Shown: piece by piece, positions 1 to 11,151 of the stretch | Layout: each line of letters starts with the position of its first letter | Position numbering within the stretch: position 1 is the first letter of the stretch | Assembly (NCBI GenBank): GCA_002347965.1 | Contig: DDYN01000031.1 | Span: 20,177-84,176, forward strand | Reading direction: 5' to 3' | Origin: Nitrospirae bacterium UBA2233 | GTDB lineage: Bacteria; UBA2233 | Length of the DNA stretch: 64,000 nt | The notes under the pieces: model-generated | Databases searched by the model: none | Seen by the model: only the letters and a program-made list of their open reading frames with translations | Told to the model about the DNA's origin: nothing | Translations under genes and position numbers: made by a program

Positions 1-433
1 ACTCTTTCCTAGACTCCTTGACCAACCCCTTAGGGCTCTCGAGCCCTGCCTGGTCAATGACCTTGGCATCGACGTAGATCGGCGCCTGGAACCTAAGGGC
101 CAAGGCGACAGAATCGGACGGCCTTGCATCGACCTCGAACGTTTTCCCGTCCTTCTGAACATGAAGTTTCGCATAAAAAGTAGATCCCACCAAATCGCAG
201 ACGACAATGTGCTCTACGATCGCATCGAGTGCGATGAGCAGCGACTTTATGAGGTCGTGCGTGAGCGGCCTTGGCGGTGTCTTATGGCCCATCTCCATAA
301 GAATCGCTTGGGCCTCGAACTGTCCGATCCATATCGGAAGGACTCGCTTCCCGTCCTTCTCTTCGAGCATGACGATCCAAGTATCCTGAAAAGGATCCTT
401 GACCAACCCGGCTACCTTGACTTCACTCAGCAT
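1..433 (-). CDS. Bifunctional nuclease (BFN/DUF151) domain protein, 3' end lies beyond window start
   Basis: Manual minus-strand translation from ATG at 433: MLSEVKVAGLVKDPFQDTWIVMLEEKDGKRVLPIWIGQFEAQAILMEMGHKTPPRPLTHDLIKSLL...ARPSDSVALALRFQAPIYVD. The run is open to position 1 and is missing from the ORF track because it runs off the edge. The RPLTHDL and ARPSD...ALR motifs are typical of DUF151. Confidence 0.55.
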   Translation of the reverse strand, partial: MLSEVKVAGLVKDPFQDTWIVMLEEKDGKRVLPIWIGQFEAQAILMEMGHKTPPRPLTHDLIKSLLIALDAIVEHIVVCDLVGSTFYAKLHVQKDGKTFEVDARPSDSVALALRFQAPIYVDAKVIDQAGLESPKGLVKESRKE

Positions 434-455
434 AAGGCATCCTCTTCCTAAGTCA

Positions 456-1022
456 TTAGGCCAGGATTTCGCGCTCCTTGCGGTTCAAGAGCACATCCGC
501 CTGCTCTATAAACCGGTCTGTAAGCTTTTGGAGCTCGTCTTGGGCCCTATGAAGGTCGTCTTCGGAAAGGATCTTGTCTTTCTGAAGGCTCTTGAGCCTA
601 TCGAGGGTATGACGACGCACGTTCCTGAGCGCCACCTTGGCCTCTTCCCCGAGCTTGTGCACATACTTGACAACCTCTACGCGTCTTTCATGGGTAAGCT
701 CTGGAATCGAAACCCTCAACTTGGCCCCGTCGCTCGCAACGCCGACCCCTAGGTTGGCACTTTGGACAACCTTCTGAAGGGGCTCAAGCATGGCCTTGTC
801 CCATGGCTCCACGATGAGCGTCCTGGCATCCTGGACTGAGAGCGTGGCCATCTGGTTCATGGGAAGCGTACTCCCGTAGTAATTGACCTTAAGATGCTCT
901 ATGAGCCCGGCATGCGCCCTTGAAGTCCGCACACTGGTGAGCTCGGAGGACAACACCTCCAAGGTCTTTTCCATAGACTGCCTTGTTTCCTCGAAAAGTG
1001 CCGAGGCTTCGCTTCCTTCCAT
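456..1022 (-). CDS. frr: Ribosome recycling factor
   Basis: 188 aa, full-length RRF-like sequence. Conserved position after pyrH. Confidence 0.95.
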   Translation of the reverse strand: MEGSEASALFEETRQSMEKTLEVLSSELTSVRTSRAHAGLIEHLKVNYYGSTLPMNQMATLSVQDARTLIVEPWDKAMLEPLQKVVQSANLGVGVASDGAKLRVSIPELTHERRVEVVKYVHKLGEEAKVALRNVRRHTLDRLKSLQKDKILSEDDLHRAQDELQKLTDRFIEQADVLLNRKEREILA

Positions 1023-1025
1023 CGC

Positions 1026-2282
<1,257 letters not shown>

Positions 2283-2286
<4 letters not shown>

Positions 2287-3089
2287 GCTTTGTTCGCACC
2301 CTCCTCCAAAAATGTCTCCTCGATGGATCCCGGGGGCATGTCCTGCGGTGCGACTGCGGCATCTTGCGGAATGTCCACGCGAATCCCCATGTCTTTGGCC
2401 AGCCTCATGCCCTCCAAAAGGGCATCGGCAACGCCAGAGGCAAAAAACCGCACCGATTTGATCGCGTCGTCGTTGGCGGGCACGATGTATTCGACAAAGT
2501 CAGGGTCGCCGTTTGTATCTACCAGCCCAACGACGGGAATTCCTAAGATGTTTGCCTCGTGGATCGCGATAGCCTCTTTCTTGGTATCCACGACGAAGAG
2601 GGCATCTGGAAGCCTCGTCATCGTTTGGATGCCTCCTAGGTAGGTCAAAAGCTTTTCGCGCTCCTTACGGAGCTTCGTCGCCTCCTTCTTGGTGTGCAGC
2701 TCGAGCTGGCCTTCTTTTTCCATCTGCTCAATCTGCTCTAGGCGTTCCACGGTCTTTCGAATTGTCGGAAAGTTTGTCAACATCCCGCCAAGCCAGCGTT
2801 TGATGACATAGGGCATTCCGCAACGGCTCGCCTGTTCCCGGATAACTTCCTGGGTTTGAGGTTTTGTGCCGACGAAAAGCACTTTTCCTCCGCGTGCTCC
2901 AACTTCCCTGACGAACCTAAGGCTTTCTTCGTAGAACTTGACTGTCTTCTGAAGATCGATGATATACAGGCCGTTTCGCTGGCCGAAGATATATGGCCTC
3001 ATTTTTGGGTTCCACCTGCGCACTTGATGCCCGAAATGAGCGCCGGCTTCCAGCATTTGCCTGATCGAGACTTGCCCTGGGTTCACCAT
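2283..3089 (-). CDS. rpsB: 30S ribosomal protein S2
   Basis: 268 aa with AGAHFGHQVRRWNPKM... S2 signature. It is followed upstream by a 370-nt AT-richer leader/promoter region (3090-3462). Confidence 0.95.
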
Positions 3090-3462
3090 GTCTTTGCTCT
3101 TTTAGCCTCCATTTGGTTACAGAACCCTTAAAAACCGCACCATAAGCGGGTAGTCTAGCCTATCTAAACGAAAAGCACAATCCTTCTTTTCATCATAGCA
3201 GCCTCCCGATGCTTAGGAAATAGGAGTAAAAACGGCTGATTTGTTGAGTGCTTTATCGATCGCCTCGTATACCTACAATAGACTTCAGATTTTTATGCAT
3301 GCGCTTTTTGGTAAGCCTTAAACACCCCTTATCTCTCGAATATCAAACTCTGGGTCGTCTTAGCTGAACTCCAGCCGCCGCTGAGCTCCCCCAAAAAGCG
3401 CTTGCCCGCAGGACGTGCCATGAAAACGCTCAGAGCCTGGAAGACCCTTTGCTGCTATAGCT

Positions 3463-5085
3463 TTAAAACACATACTGAAGCCCCAAATCAACTCCGTCGT
3501 GCCGGGCAAACTGGCCAAAGACGCCTCCTGGCTTGCCCCAGTAGAGATGCCCGCCCAAAAGAACGGTAAGTTTTTCCGAAAGCTCATAGGTCATGTTCGG
3601 CTCGTAGCGGAACCCCCCATCACCCGAAAGCCATATCCAAAGGCTTCTAAAAGTAAGCCTGTCGTTGGTAAACCCGAAAGGCTTGAGAACCGTCCAGTAA
3701 ATACCCTCCTGGTTGCGGTTCAGGGGCGAGCCGACGGGCAAATCGAGCATGTCGCCGTCATAGCCGAAGATGTGCTCGTGGTCCCAGCGCAGTATGTTTG
3801 TCCAGTCCTTATAAAAGTAGGTCTCGAGCTGAACGCCGGTCAACAGCGAGTCGGCCTTGTCCCACCCGTGGTTTTCCGGGGTGTAGTTCCTCACCTGGTA
3901 GTAGCGGCCCTTTAAATAGCGTCCCTCGAACTTAAGCGCCCACTGGCGGCCAAGCCAGTCAAAGGAGCGGTCGGCGCCCAGGCCGAACTTGTGCACCCGG
4001 TTGTATTTGGGGTTCAAGTGAACGTGGACGGGCGGCCAAAGGTCGCGAATAAAACCCGTGTTCAAGCTTGATGAGGCAGCTAAAGAAGACTTTGGCATGG
4101 GCGGGAGGTTAAACCGATCGAACAAAAGCACGTTTTGAAACATCGTGGGCATGTCGTACCAGCTCCAAAGATAGTGCAGCGATACATCCCAGCCGCTTTT
4201 CATCATCCCCAGCTTGACCCCGATTTGGCTGTTTTCAAAGGTCCTCGCTGGCTTGTCCGCCTTGGCAAACGACACGCGCGAGAAGCGGTCCATGGCCGAG
4301 GAAGCTCGCTGGTTAAACTCCCAGACGCTGCCCGAAACTGTCGGCCCAAAGCTCGGCTCGAAGTTTGGAATCCACAAAAACTGGAATTCGTAGTCCTTAA
4401 AAAAATAATCGGCGTTTACCATGAACTCGGGGATTCTTTGGTACTCCACGGGAATAAAGGGGTTGATCGTGGGAAAGGGGTACCATGTGTAGTCAAAGCC
4501 GTGCACCATGTCCAGGATCTGACGGCCGTCTACGCGCCCCCAAGAGACCTGCTGCTTTCCCACGCGCAGCTGTAGCCCGCCAACCTGGTAATCGGCGTAC
4601 CACTCCCTGAAGATCTGGTCCATGGAGTTGTAGTAATGGAGCGTATCCATAGAACCGTAGAACGAGTTACGGAACCCGTCGTTCCAGTCGTAGGCGGAGT
4701 CGTACAAGAACATGTTCCGAACCGTAAACTTTAAATCCGGGCTCATCCTGTAAGCCGTCTGGAGGTCCATGAGCCAGTGGATGCCCTGGAAGTTAGAGCT
4801 AGTAGACGGAAGGTTTCGGTTTTGGTTCATATCCTTGTGGATGCTTAGGCTCGTTAGATTCTGCAGGTTGGCCTTTAGCTCTAGCCCTGGAACGCTCATT
4901 TGGAGGGGCTGAGTAATCGCCTTACCTAAAGGGTCAAACTCTTCAATCTTGCGACGAAAATCGGCGCCGTCGAGTGCCATCGCACCCCCAGCCCAACCCG
5001 CGAGCAAAACGCCCGCAATCAAGCCTTTGCCTGCTGCCCCGAACATGCTCGGAATCCTCCTTGTCTGCAGTTTTGACCGGGGCAA
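3463..5085 (-). CDS. Outer-membrane beta-barrel protein, DUF1302-like
   Basis: 540 aa with an N-terminal signal peptide (MFGAAGKGLIAGVLLAGWAGGAMA), an aromatic-rich sequence with alternating hydrophobic strands, and a C-terminal ...GLQYVF ending in Phe (OMP signature). It sits in the position DUF1302 occupies in DUF1302/DUF1329/RND triads. Confidence 0.6.
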   Translation of the reverse strand: MPRSKLQTRRIPSMFGAAGKGLIAGVLLAGWAGGAMALDGADFRRKIEEFDPLGKAITQPLQMSVPGLELKANLQNLTSLSIHKDMNQNRNLPSTSSNFQGIHWLMDLQTAYRMSPDLKFTVRNMFLYDSAYDWNDGFRNSFYGSMDTLHYYNSMDQIFREWYADYQVGGLQLRVGKQQVSWGRVDGRQILDMVHGFDYTWYPFPTINPFIPVEYQRIPEFMVNADYFFKDYEFQFLWIPNFEPSFGPTVSGSVWEFNQRASSAMDRFSRVSFAKADKPARTFENSQIGVKLGMMKSGWDVSLHYLWSWYDMPTMFQNVLLFDRFNLPPMPKSSLAASSSLNTGFIRDLWPPVHVHLNPKYNRVHKFGLGADRSFDWLGRQWALKFEGRYLKGRYYQVRNYTPENHGWDKADSLLTGVQLETYFYKDWTNILRWDHEHIFGYDGDMLDLPVGSPLNRNQEGIYWTVLKPFGFTNDRLTFRSLWIWLSGDGGFRYEPNMTYELSEKLTVLLGGHLYWGKPGGVFGQFARHDGVDLGLQYVF

Positions 5086-5086
5086 T

Positions 5087-6166
5087 TTAAGCCCCCTTGT
5101 CTTCCTTGCGCTCTTTCTCGATCAAGCGCTTGGTCTCTTCTGGAATTTCCCATTTGCGCTCGCTGGGAAACCTGCCTTCCAAAAGAGGAGGAAGCTTCGG
5201 CAAGTCCTTTGGAGACTTAATGTAGGGGTAGGCACCGATGTCGGGCACGCGCCAGGTGAACTCTTTTCTCAGGAAATTGGGCTCGAACTCCGTTTCCTTG
5301 AAGTTGCCCTCGTGGGTTACGTTAAAGATCCGCACCCACTGCCTAAAGTGCTTCTTGACGTTCCAGTCGTACCAGTTCGTATGATCGAGGATGGCGTCTT
5401 TGCCCTGAGGTTCCATGCGTCTTTCAAAAATCTTCCAGAGGTCGCCCTTCTTGTCGTACTGCTCTTCTCTCCAGCGGATGAAGCGCTTTTTATCTATCCA
5501 AACGATGCGTTTGCCCAAATAATAGCCGGGATCGGTATGGACGGCCTTGATCACGTAGCAACCGACGGGCTCAGGGATAATGCCGTCCGCTGGAAGCGTG
5601 TCTTCACCCAAAAGCGTGTGCGTTTCGTCGAAGGGCTCCCGGCCGACGATGTCGTCGTAGGTCATGTCGCCACCCGCGACGCCATCCGAGCGCTCCCCCG
5701 TGGCCAGCCGCCTGACCTGTCTCAAGGCGGGAATGTATATCCACCAGTCCACCATCTTGCGCACGTCCGGAGTTTCTTTGTATGTCCAAGAAAGAAGCGT
5801 CTGGTTCTTAAGCTGCGGGGGGGTAAGCATGAAGATGATATCCTTGCGCTTTGGGGCTCCAGGCTTGAGCGTGACGCCTTTGAAATCGAGGAGATCTCTG
5901 TAGTCTTCGTATTGCTGCAAGCGCTTTCGCATGGTGGCCCTTTGCCTCATGTAGCCGCGGGCGTCCACTTCAATTTCTAAGGCATCGCAATCGTAGTTCT
6001 TTACCGCCGGAAAATACGTGGCATCCTCCAAGAAGGCAATTTGGTCCGCCGTGTAGGGTGGCTTCCATGGGAACGCCTCGGGATGGAGCGTCTTCATATC
6101 TAGCCCGAATGCCAAGGCTGGAATCATAGCCTGGGCAAATAGAAGGCCTAACAATCTTTTGAGCAT
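5087..6166 (-). CDS. DUF1329-like (LolA-like) periplasmic/outer-membrane protein. ORF-track start is 6235; the favoured start is M24.
   Basis: Classic signal peptide MLKRLLGLLFAQAMIPALAFG if started at 6166, immediately after the RND stop. The middle motif YIPALRQVRRLATGERSDGVAGGDMTYDDI resembles DUF1329. Confidence 0.55.
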   Translation of the reverse strand: MLKRLLGLLFAQAMIPALAFGLDMKTLHPEAFPWKPPYTADQIAFLEDATYFPAVKNYDCDALEIEVDARGYMRQRATMRKRLQQYEDYRDLLDFKGVTLKPGAPKRKDIIFMLTPPQLKNQTLLSWTYKETPDVRKMVDWWIYIPALRQVRRLATGERSDGVAGGDMTYDDIVGREPFDETHTLLGEDTLPADGIIPEPVGCYVIKAVHTDPGYYLGKRIVWIDKKRFIRWREEQYDKKGDLWKIFERRMEPQGKDAILDHTNWYDWNVKKHFRQWVRIFNVTHEGNFKETEFEPNFLRKEFTWRVPDIGAYPYIKSPKDLPKLPPLLEGRFPSERKWEIPEETKRLIEKERKEDKGA

Positions 6167-6168
6167 GT

Positions 6169-8541
6169 CTAACCCCCTGTGGAAGGTGTTTTTGTGAGGC
6201 GTCCGGCTTCCGTCAGGAATTTTGGCCGGATCCAAAAGACCAAGAAGGGCAAAACGGCTGAGGCAAGCACCATGTTGGCCAAAAAATCCAACGCCAAAAG
6301 TCCGCCCAAATATCCATGCACCTTGAGCCCCGTCCCCAAAAGGGCGAGAGAGCCCAAAGAGAGCGCAATCGCCGTGAATAGGACCGCCTTCCCGGAGCTA
6401 GCAAGCGCCCTGGTGACGCCTTGATCGAGCGAGCCGAGGGCCGCAAACTCTTCTTTGATTCGGCTGAGTACGTAAAACGAGAAGTCTACGCCGATCCCGA
6501 TACCCAAGGAGGCCACTGGGACGGTCGGGATAAACATACCAAAGCGGCTGAAGCCCATCACGCCGGCCGTAATCAGGCTGGCAATGACGAGCGGCACCAA
6601 AAGCACCAGAGCGGCCAGCACAGAACGGTACGTAAGAAGCGCAAGGACAACCACCACGGCGCTTACTACGAGCACGTTGGGCATGTTCTCGTTGGCGATC
6701 GATTGCATGGCGGCGTAGTAGAGCGCGGCAGTCCCGCCGGCACGGCGAATCTCGATGCCATCGATAGGCGGCTTGCCCTTCAAGAACGCCGAAATGGTAT
6801 TTTCAAGGTCTTCGAGGTGGTGGTTCTGCCGGTCTTTCAGGAGAATGAGCATGTTTGCCCTTGAGTAGTCCATAGTAAAGAAGCTGCGGGTGTCCTCCGG
6901 GTCGCCGCCGCCAGAAACGAACATCTCCAAGTATACGTAGGCCAGCTGGTCGGTTGGCGGAATTTCAGGCCTTTTGGTGTTCGCCCAGAGGAAATGGATG
7001 TTCTTTAAGATGTCCCCGTAGTGGCTCACGTAGCCGACGTAGGACTTTTGAACCAGGATGCGCTCGAGCTCGTCTAGCCTCTTGAGCAGCTCGACGTTGG
7101 CGATGGCACCCTCGCCCTGCCCCTTGATTTGGAGCATGTAGCTCTCCGAACCGGCAAAGTTCTTTCCGATACGCGCGACATCTTTATTGACCTCGCTTGA
7201 CGGCCAGAACAGGTAAGAGCCTTTATCTAAATCTCCGTACTGAAGCTTCGAGGCACCGTAGGCAAACACGCAGGCTACAACAAGAATAGCGGCCAAGACG
7301 CCGAACCGTGCCTTGGTTTTGGCCTGGCTCGCAATCTTCAAAAAAATCCTGTCTAGGAGCCCTATCTTGTATGCCCTCTTGAGCTCGGGCAGCTTGGGGC
7401 TCGACATAAGCGTGCACATGAGCGGGATGAACAGAAGAACGGTGAAAAAGACGGAGAGTATACCTAGCCCGGCCAAGATCCCCATATTTTTAAGCCCGCT
7501 AAACGGGAACAAGGCAAGCGCCACGAAGCCCGCACCGTCGGTGATGATCCCTGCCGAGGTCGGCACGATCAGGTTGACGATTGTCTTGTGAGCGGCCAGG
7601 TTTTTGTCTTTTTCAAACCCGTAGGTTTCGTAGAAGCGTTTTAGCACCTGGATACTGTGGGCGACCGAGAGCGCCACGATCAAAAACGGCGCCGTGAGCG
7701 TCATCGGGTCTAGCTTAACGCCCATCCAACCCATGATGCCAAGGCACCAAACGAGCGACAGTAGCCCCCCGGATAACGGCAAAAAGACGCCCCGCTTCGA
7801 TTTGAACAAAGCCCAGAGGACAAAGCCCATCAATACGAGCGCCACGACCCCGATAATCACGAAGCGTCGAACCCCCTCGAGCAACACGCCGATCTCTACC
7901 GGCTGGCCAGCCAAAGAGACCCGAAGAGATGGGTTTTCCCGTTCGAGCGATCGCTTGAGCCGCTTGAGCCCCCCGTAGATAGCCCCAGGGTCGGTGTAGG
8001 GGCTGTAATCGGCCTGCACAAGGGCCCCCTTGAGGTCCTTCGAAACGAGCGTCCCTAATACTTGCGGGTCCCGAAGGACCCCTTGCTTGAGTGCGACCCT
8101 CGCCCAGGCATCGCCTTTAAGGGCACGCTCCGCCAATGCTCGGAACGGTACGGCGTTAAGCACCTCCAGCCCGTCCGGGTCTTTTGTGATATAGAGATAC
8201 CGGAGCTTGTTGGCCGCGATGGAGAGCACCCTGTAGCCGTAAACCCCCTCCATGTCCAAGAGCCCCTGGGTCGCCCTTATGACCGAGCGGAGGTTTTCTT
8301 CGGTGAATACATCGCCCTTTTTAAACCGAAGGCCAAACGATACAAGGTTTCCGCCGCCGAAATCGCTCTCGATTTCTTCGTTCACACGCGTGTAGGGATG
8401 GTTTTGAGGGACGAGGAAGCTTAAATCCTTTGTAAGGCCAAACCTGAGGGCTCCCGCCCCCAGAGCGAGGGTGACGATAAACAGGAAGGCCAAAAGCCAA
8501 GACCTGTGACGAATAATTTTAGGCTCCATCCCCTCCTCCAA
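6169..8541 (-). CDS. RND/MMPL-family exporter (12-TM, two large periplasmic loops)
   Basis: 790 aa. N-terminal TM followed by a large loop, then a TM bundle (IIGVVALVLMGFVLWALF..., GILAGLGILSVFFTVLLFIPLM...), a second loop and a second TM bundle. This topology and length are typical of HpnN/MMPL-like RND transporters. Confidence 0.8.
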   Translation of the reverse strand: MEEGMEPKIIRHRSWLLAFLFIVTLALGAGALRFGLTKDLSFLVPQNHPYTRVNEEIESDFGGGNLVSFGLRFKKGDVFTEENLRSVIRATQGLLDMEGVYGYRVLSIAANKLRYLYITKDPDGLEVLNAVPFRALAERALKGDAWARVALKQGVLRDPQVLGTLVSKDLKGALVQADYSPYTDPGAIYGGLKRLKRSLERENPSLRVSLAGQPVEIGVLLEGVRRFVIIGVVALVLMGFVLWALFKSKRGVFLPLSGGLLSLVWCLGIMGWMGVKLDPMTLTAPFLIVALSVAHSIQVLKRFYETYGFEKDKNLAAHKTIVNLIVPTSAGIITDGAGFVALALFPFSGLKNMGILAGLGILSVFFTVLLFIPLMCTLMSSPKLPELKRAYKIGLLDRIFLKIASQAKTKARFGVLAAILVVACVFAYGASKLQYGDLDKGSYLFWPSSEVNKDVARIGKNFAGSESYMLQIKGQGEGAIANVELLKRLDELERILVQKSYVGYVSHYGDILKNIHFLWANTKRPEIPPTDQLAYVYLEMFVSGGGDPEDTRSFFTMDYSRANMLILLKDRQNHHLEDLENTISAFLKGKPPIDGIEIRRAGGTAALYYAAMQSIANENMPNVLVVSAVVVVLALLTYRSVLAALVLLVPLVIASLITAGVMGFSRFGMFIPTVPVASLGIGIGVDFSFYVLSRIKEEFAALGSLDQGVTRALASSGKAVLFTAIALSLGSLALLGTGLKVHGYLGGLLALDFLANMVLASAVLPFLVFWIRPKFLTEAGRLTKTPSTGG

Positions 8542-8596
8542 TCCTTTACATGTAAAGCTTTCGGTATTTTACCGAACCAAGAGGGGATTGTCAACG

Positions 8597-9817
8597 CTAC
8601 GCCTCGATTTTGTAGCCGGACTCCAGGTGTTCGGTCAGGTCAAGCCCGCTCTGTTCGGCCTCAGAGGCCACCCGAAGCCCCATGAAACGCTCCAAGAGCC
8701 AAACGATCAAGAAGGTCACCAAAAGAGAATACGTCACGGCCACGACTACGCCGATTCCTTGAATCGCGATTTGGGAGAAATTGCCGAACAAAAGCCCGTC
8801 TGCGCCGGAAGGGTTCCAGTATTTTGCGGCAAAGATGCCCGTCGCCAGGCCTCCCCAGACTCCGCCGACACCGTGGATACCGACCACGTCGAGCGCGTCG
8901 TCGTAGCCGCCCTTAAATTTTGCGAACACCCCCGCGTAACACAGCAGGCCCGCGACAAGCCCGATGAACAGCGCGGGGGCAGGTCCGACGAACCCTGCCG
9001 CCGGAGTGACGGCCACAAGCCCGGCCAGCGCCCCCGAGGCGATCCCTAAGGTTGTGGGCTTGCCCCTATGAACGGCCTCGGCCAAGATCCAGGATAGCGC
9101 CGCACCGGCCGTGGCCGCCTGGGTGTTGAAGAATGCGAGCGCGGCCAGGGGGCTTGCCGAAAGGGCGCTGCCCGCGTTGAACCCGAACCATCCAAACCAC
9201 AAAAGCCCGGCGCCCAAAAGCGTCAAGGGGAGGTTGTTCGGGTGGAACGGCTCGTGGCCCCAGCCCATGCGTTTGCCGATGAACCAGGAGCTCACGAGGG
9301 CCGCCGCGCCCGAGTTGACATGAATAACTGTTCCGCCCGCAAAATCGAGCGCTCCCAGCTTCTGAAGCCATCCGCCCCCCCAGACCCAGTGGCACACGGG
9401 CAGGTACACGAACGTCGTCCAGAGGACCACGAACCAAAAAAACGGCCAAAAGCGCATTCTTTCGGCGAACGCGCCCGTAATCAGGGCGGGTGTAATAATC
9501 GCAAACATCAGTTGGAACGCGCAGAACAACACGTGTGGAATCCCTGGAGCGTAGGGCCCAGCATCGAGCCCCACCCCTTTTAGCATCACCCAGTCGAAGT
9601 TGCCCAAAACCCCGCCCACGTCCGGGCCGAACGCGAGCGAATAACCATAAAGCACCCAAATCACGGAAACAATGCCCATGCACGCAAAGCTATGCATGAC
9701 AACCGAAAGGACGTTCTTAGCGCGCACTAGCCCGCCGTAGAAGACGGCAAGTCCCGGCGTCATCAGCATGACCATGGCGGAAGCGATCAGCATGAATCCC
9801 GTATCCGCGGCGTTCAT
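8597..9817 (-). CDS. amt: Ammonium transporter (Amt family)
   Basis: 406 aa, 11-TM Amt signature (MLIASAMVMLMTPGLAVFYGGLVRAKN..., FGFNAGSA). No adjacent glnK/PII gene. Confidence 0.9.
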   Translation of the reverse strand: MNAADTGFMLIASAMVMLMTPGLAVFYGGLVRAKNVLSVVMHSFACMGIVSVIWVLYGYSLAFGPDVGGVLGNFDWVMLKGVGLDAGPYAPGIPHVLFCAFQLMFAIITPALITGAFAERMRFWPFFWFVVLWTTFVYLPVCHWVWGGGWLQKLGALDFAGGTVIHVNSGAAALVSSWFIGKRMGWGHEPFHPNNLPLTLLGAGLLWFGWFGFNAGSALSASPLAALAFFNTQAATAGAALSWILAEAVHRGKPTTLGIASGALAGLVAVTPAAGFVGPAPALFIGLVAGLLCYAGVFAKFKGGYDDALDVVGIHGVGGVWGGLATGIFAAKYWNPSGADGLLFGNFSQIAIQGIGVVVAVTYSLLVTFLIVWLLERFMGLRVASEAEQSGLDLTEHLESGYKIEA

Positions 9818-10698
9818 CGAAGGCCCTCCTGTTTCCCCAATAACGTGAGTGTGTTCAACCCCCCGATGTTCGCCCGCTCCTGGCTAGAGATGGGAAGCTT
9901 GAAGAATCGCTCCAAGTTCCGCTCGGCGCTGCCGTAGGGCGTATCCGTCCCGAAGAGCACCTTATCGTCCCCGTGCTTTTGGATGATCTCGAGCACCGTA
10001 CCCTGCTCCAAAAAGCCGAGCGCGTAGGAGAGATCGAGGTATACTTCCGAACCCAAAAGCTCTTCATGAATCGCCCCCCAGTTGTAAATGGCTCCGAGGT
10101 GCGCGGCGATGATCTTGAGCCCCGGGAAAGCTTGAGGCAGCCTGGCCAGGTCGTTCGCCGCTCTGGGGGATTTCTGGACGATTTCGTCGTAGAAGACCGT
10201 GCAGGTAAGCACCACGAGGCCCAAATCGCGGCAGGCTTCAAAGAGCCTAAGCCAGATAGGTTCAAAAAAAGGGCTCATTGTCGCGCCCTTTTGGAAGAAC
10301 GGGTGGATCTTCACGCCCAGGAACCCTCTTGCCTTAAGATCCTCAAGCGTGGCCTTGAGATCGTCAAGGTCTGGATGAATCGCGCCGAACGGCAGCAGTC
10401 TGGGAAAGCGCTTCGTCACCTTTTCGGTGAAGTCGTTGAGCTTATGCACCTGGTGAGGCTTCATGGCGAGCGGCAAGATGACGCCGTAGGCAAAGCCCTC
10501 ACGCTCTAGCCAGGCGTCATAAGCCTCAGCCGTCCCGTCAAGATCCGTATCGCCATCATAGTTGGATTCTCCCTCGAGCCTTCTTTGCTCTCTAAAGGCA
10601 AGCGCTTTTTTTGCGAGCTCGGGCGGGTAGACATGCGCATGGCAATCGACAACGGGGGTCAAACCCCCAGGCTCAGGCATCCCCATACCCCGCAACAC
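9814..10698 (-). CDS. Amidohydrolase-2 family TIM-barrel metal-dependent hydrolase
   Basis: VVDCHAHVYPPE N-terminal metal-binding motif; ...HPD..., ...AAHLG..., ...GTDTPY... His/Asp ligands. The stop overlaps the amt start as ATGA (9814-9817). Confidence 0.7.
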   Translation of the reverse strand: MLRGMGMPEPGGLTPVVDCHAHVYPPELAKKALAFREQRRLEGESNYDGDTDLDGTAEAYDAWLEREGFAYGVILPLAMKPHQVHKLNDFTEKVTKRFPRLLPFGAIHPDLDDLKATLEDLKARGFLGVKIHPFFQKGATMSPFFEPIWLRLFEACRDLGLVVLTCTVFYDEIVQKSPRAANDLARLPQAFPGLKIIAAHLGAIYNWGAIHEELLGSEVYLDLSYALGFLEQGTVLEIIQKHGDDKVLFGTDTPYGSAERNLERFFKLPISSQERANIGGLNTLTLLGKQEGLR

Positions 10699-11035
10699 AT
10701 CCGGGCGCCTCTTCGACCTCGACCCGTAGGGGCGCCGAGCGGAATGTTGGCTTGAGCGTCTCGTACACGAACCTGGCGAAGCGCTCGGCCGTGGGGCTGG
10801 TGTGCTCGAAGGGGGGTACCTCGTTCATGAGCCTTTGTGAAAAAGGGGCGATCGTGTTTTTTAGGAGCGCCTTGAGCTCCAAGAAATCGACGATCATCCC
10901 CTCGTTTCCCGGGTCTCCGTACACGCGTACACGAACGCCGAAAGAATGGCCGTGAACGGGCTCGGGGCTTCCCTTATAGCTCGTTAAGTAGTGGGCCGCC
11001 TCAAAACGCTCGAATGCTTCCACATACCCGATCAT
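10673..11035 (-). CDS. 6-pyruvoyl-tetrahydropterin synthase (PTPS/QueD) family protein, lacking the QueD catalytic Cys
   Basis: 120 aa; EAAHYLT...PVHGHSF...E zinc-binding HGH motif of the PTPS fold. No Cys precedes HGH, so probably not a canonical QueD. Confidence 0.65.
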   Translation of the reverse strand: MIGYVEAFERFEAAHYLTSYKGSPEPVHGHSFGVRVRVYGDPGNEGMIVDFLELKALLKNTIAPFSQRLMNEVPPFEHTSPTAERFARFVYETLKPTFRSAPLRVEVEEAPGCVAGYGDA

Positions 11036-11151
11036 CGGAGCCCTTCACCTTTCTTTTGGCTTGAGGCGATAATCTTCCAGACACAAAACGCGCTGAGGAC
11101 AATGATAGCCGACCAGGATAATACCATTAGAGCAAGGCCATAGCCGTTCAT
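11032..11151 (-). CDS. Predicted 39-aa single-TM microprotein, translationally coupled on both sides
   Basis: MNGYGLALMVLSWSAIIVLSAFCVWKIIASSQKKGEGLR. The ATG overlaps the NSS transporter stop as ATGA (11148-11151) and the stop overlaps the PTPS-like start as ATGA (11032-11035). Hydrophobic core plus a basic C-tail. Confidence 0.45.
   Translation of the reverse strand: MNGYGLALMVLSWSAIIVLSAFCVWKIIASSQKKGEGLR

Noticed and set aside
3090-3462. Long AT-richer spacer upstream of rpsB as a candidate tRNA/ncRNA locus
   Set aside because: No acceptor-stem/T-arm pattern and no ORF with an RBS; consistent with the usual long rpsB promoter/leader. A cis-regulatory leader cannot be excluded.
10673-11035. 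Calling the PTPS-fold protein QueD (queuosine biosynthesis)
   Set aside because: The HGH zinc motif is present, but the Cys of the QueD CxxxHGH signature is absent (EPVHGHSF) and no queC/queE neighbours are present; kept as generic PTPS family.
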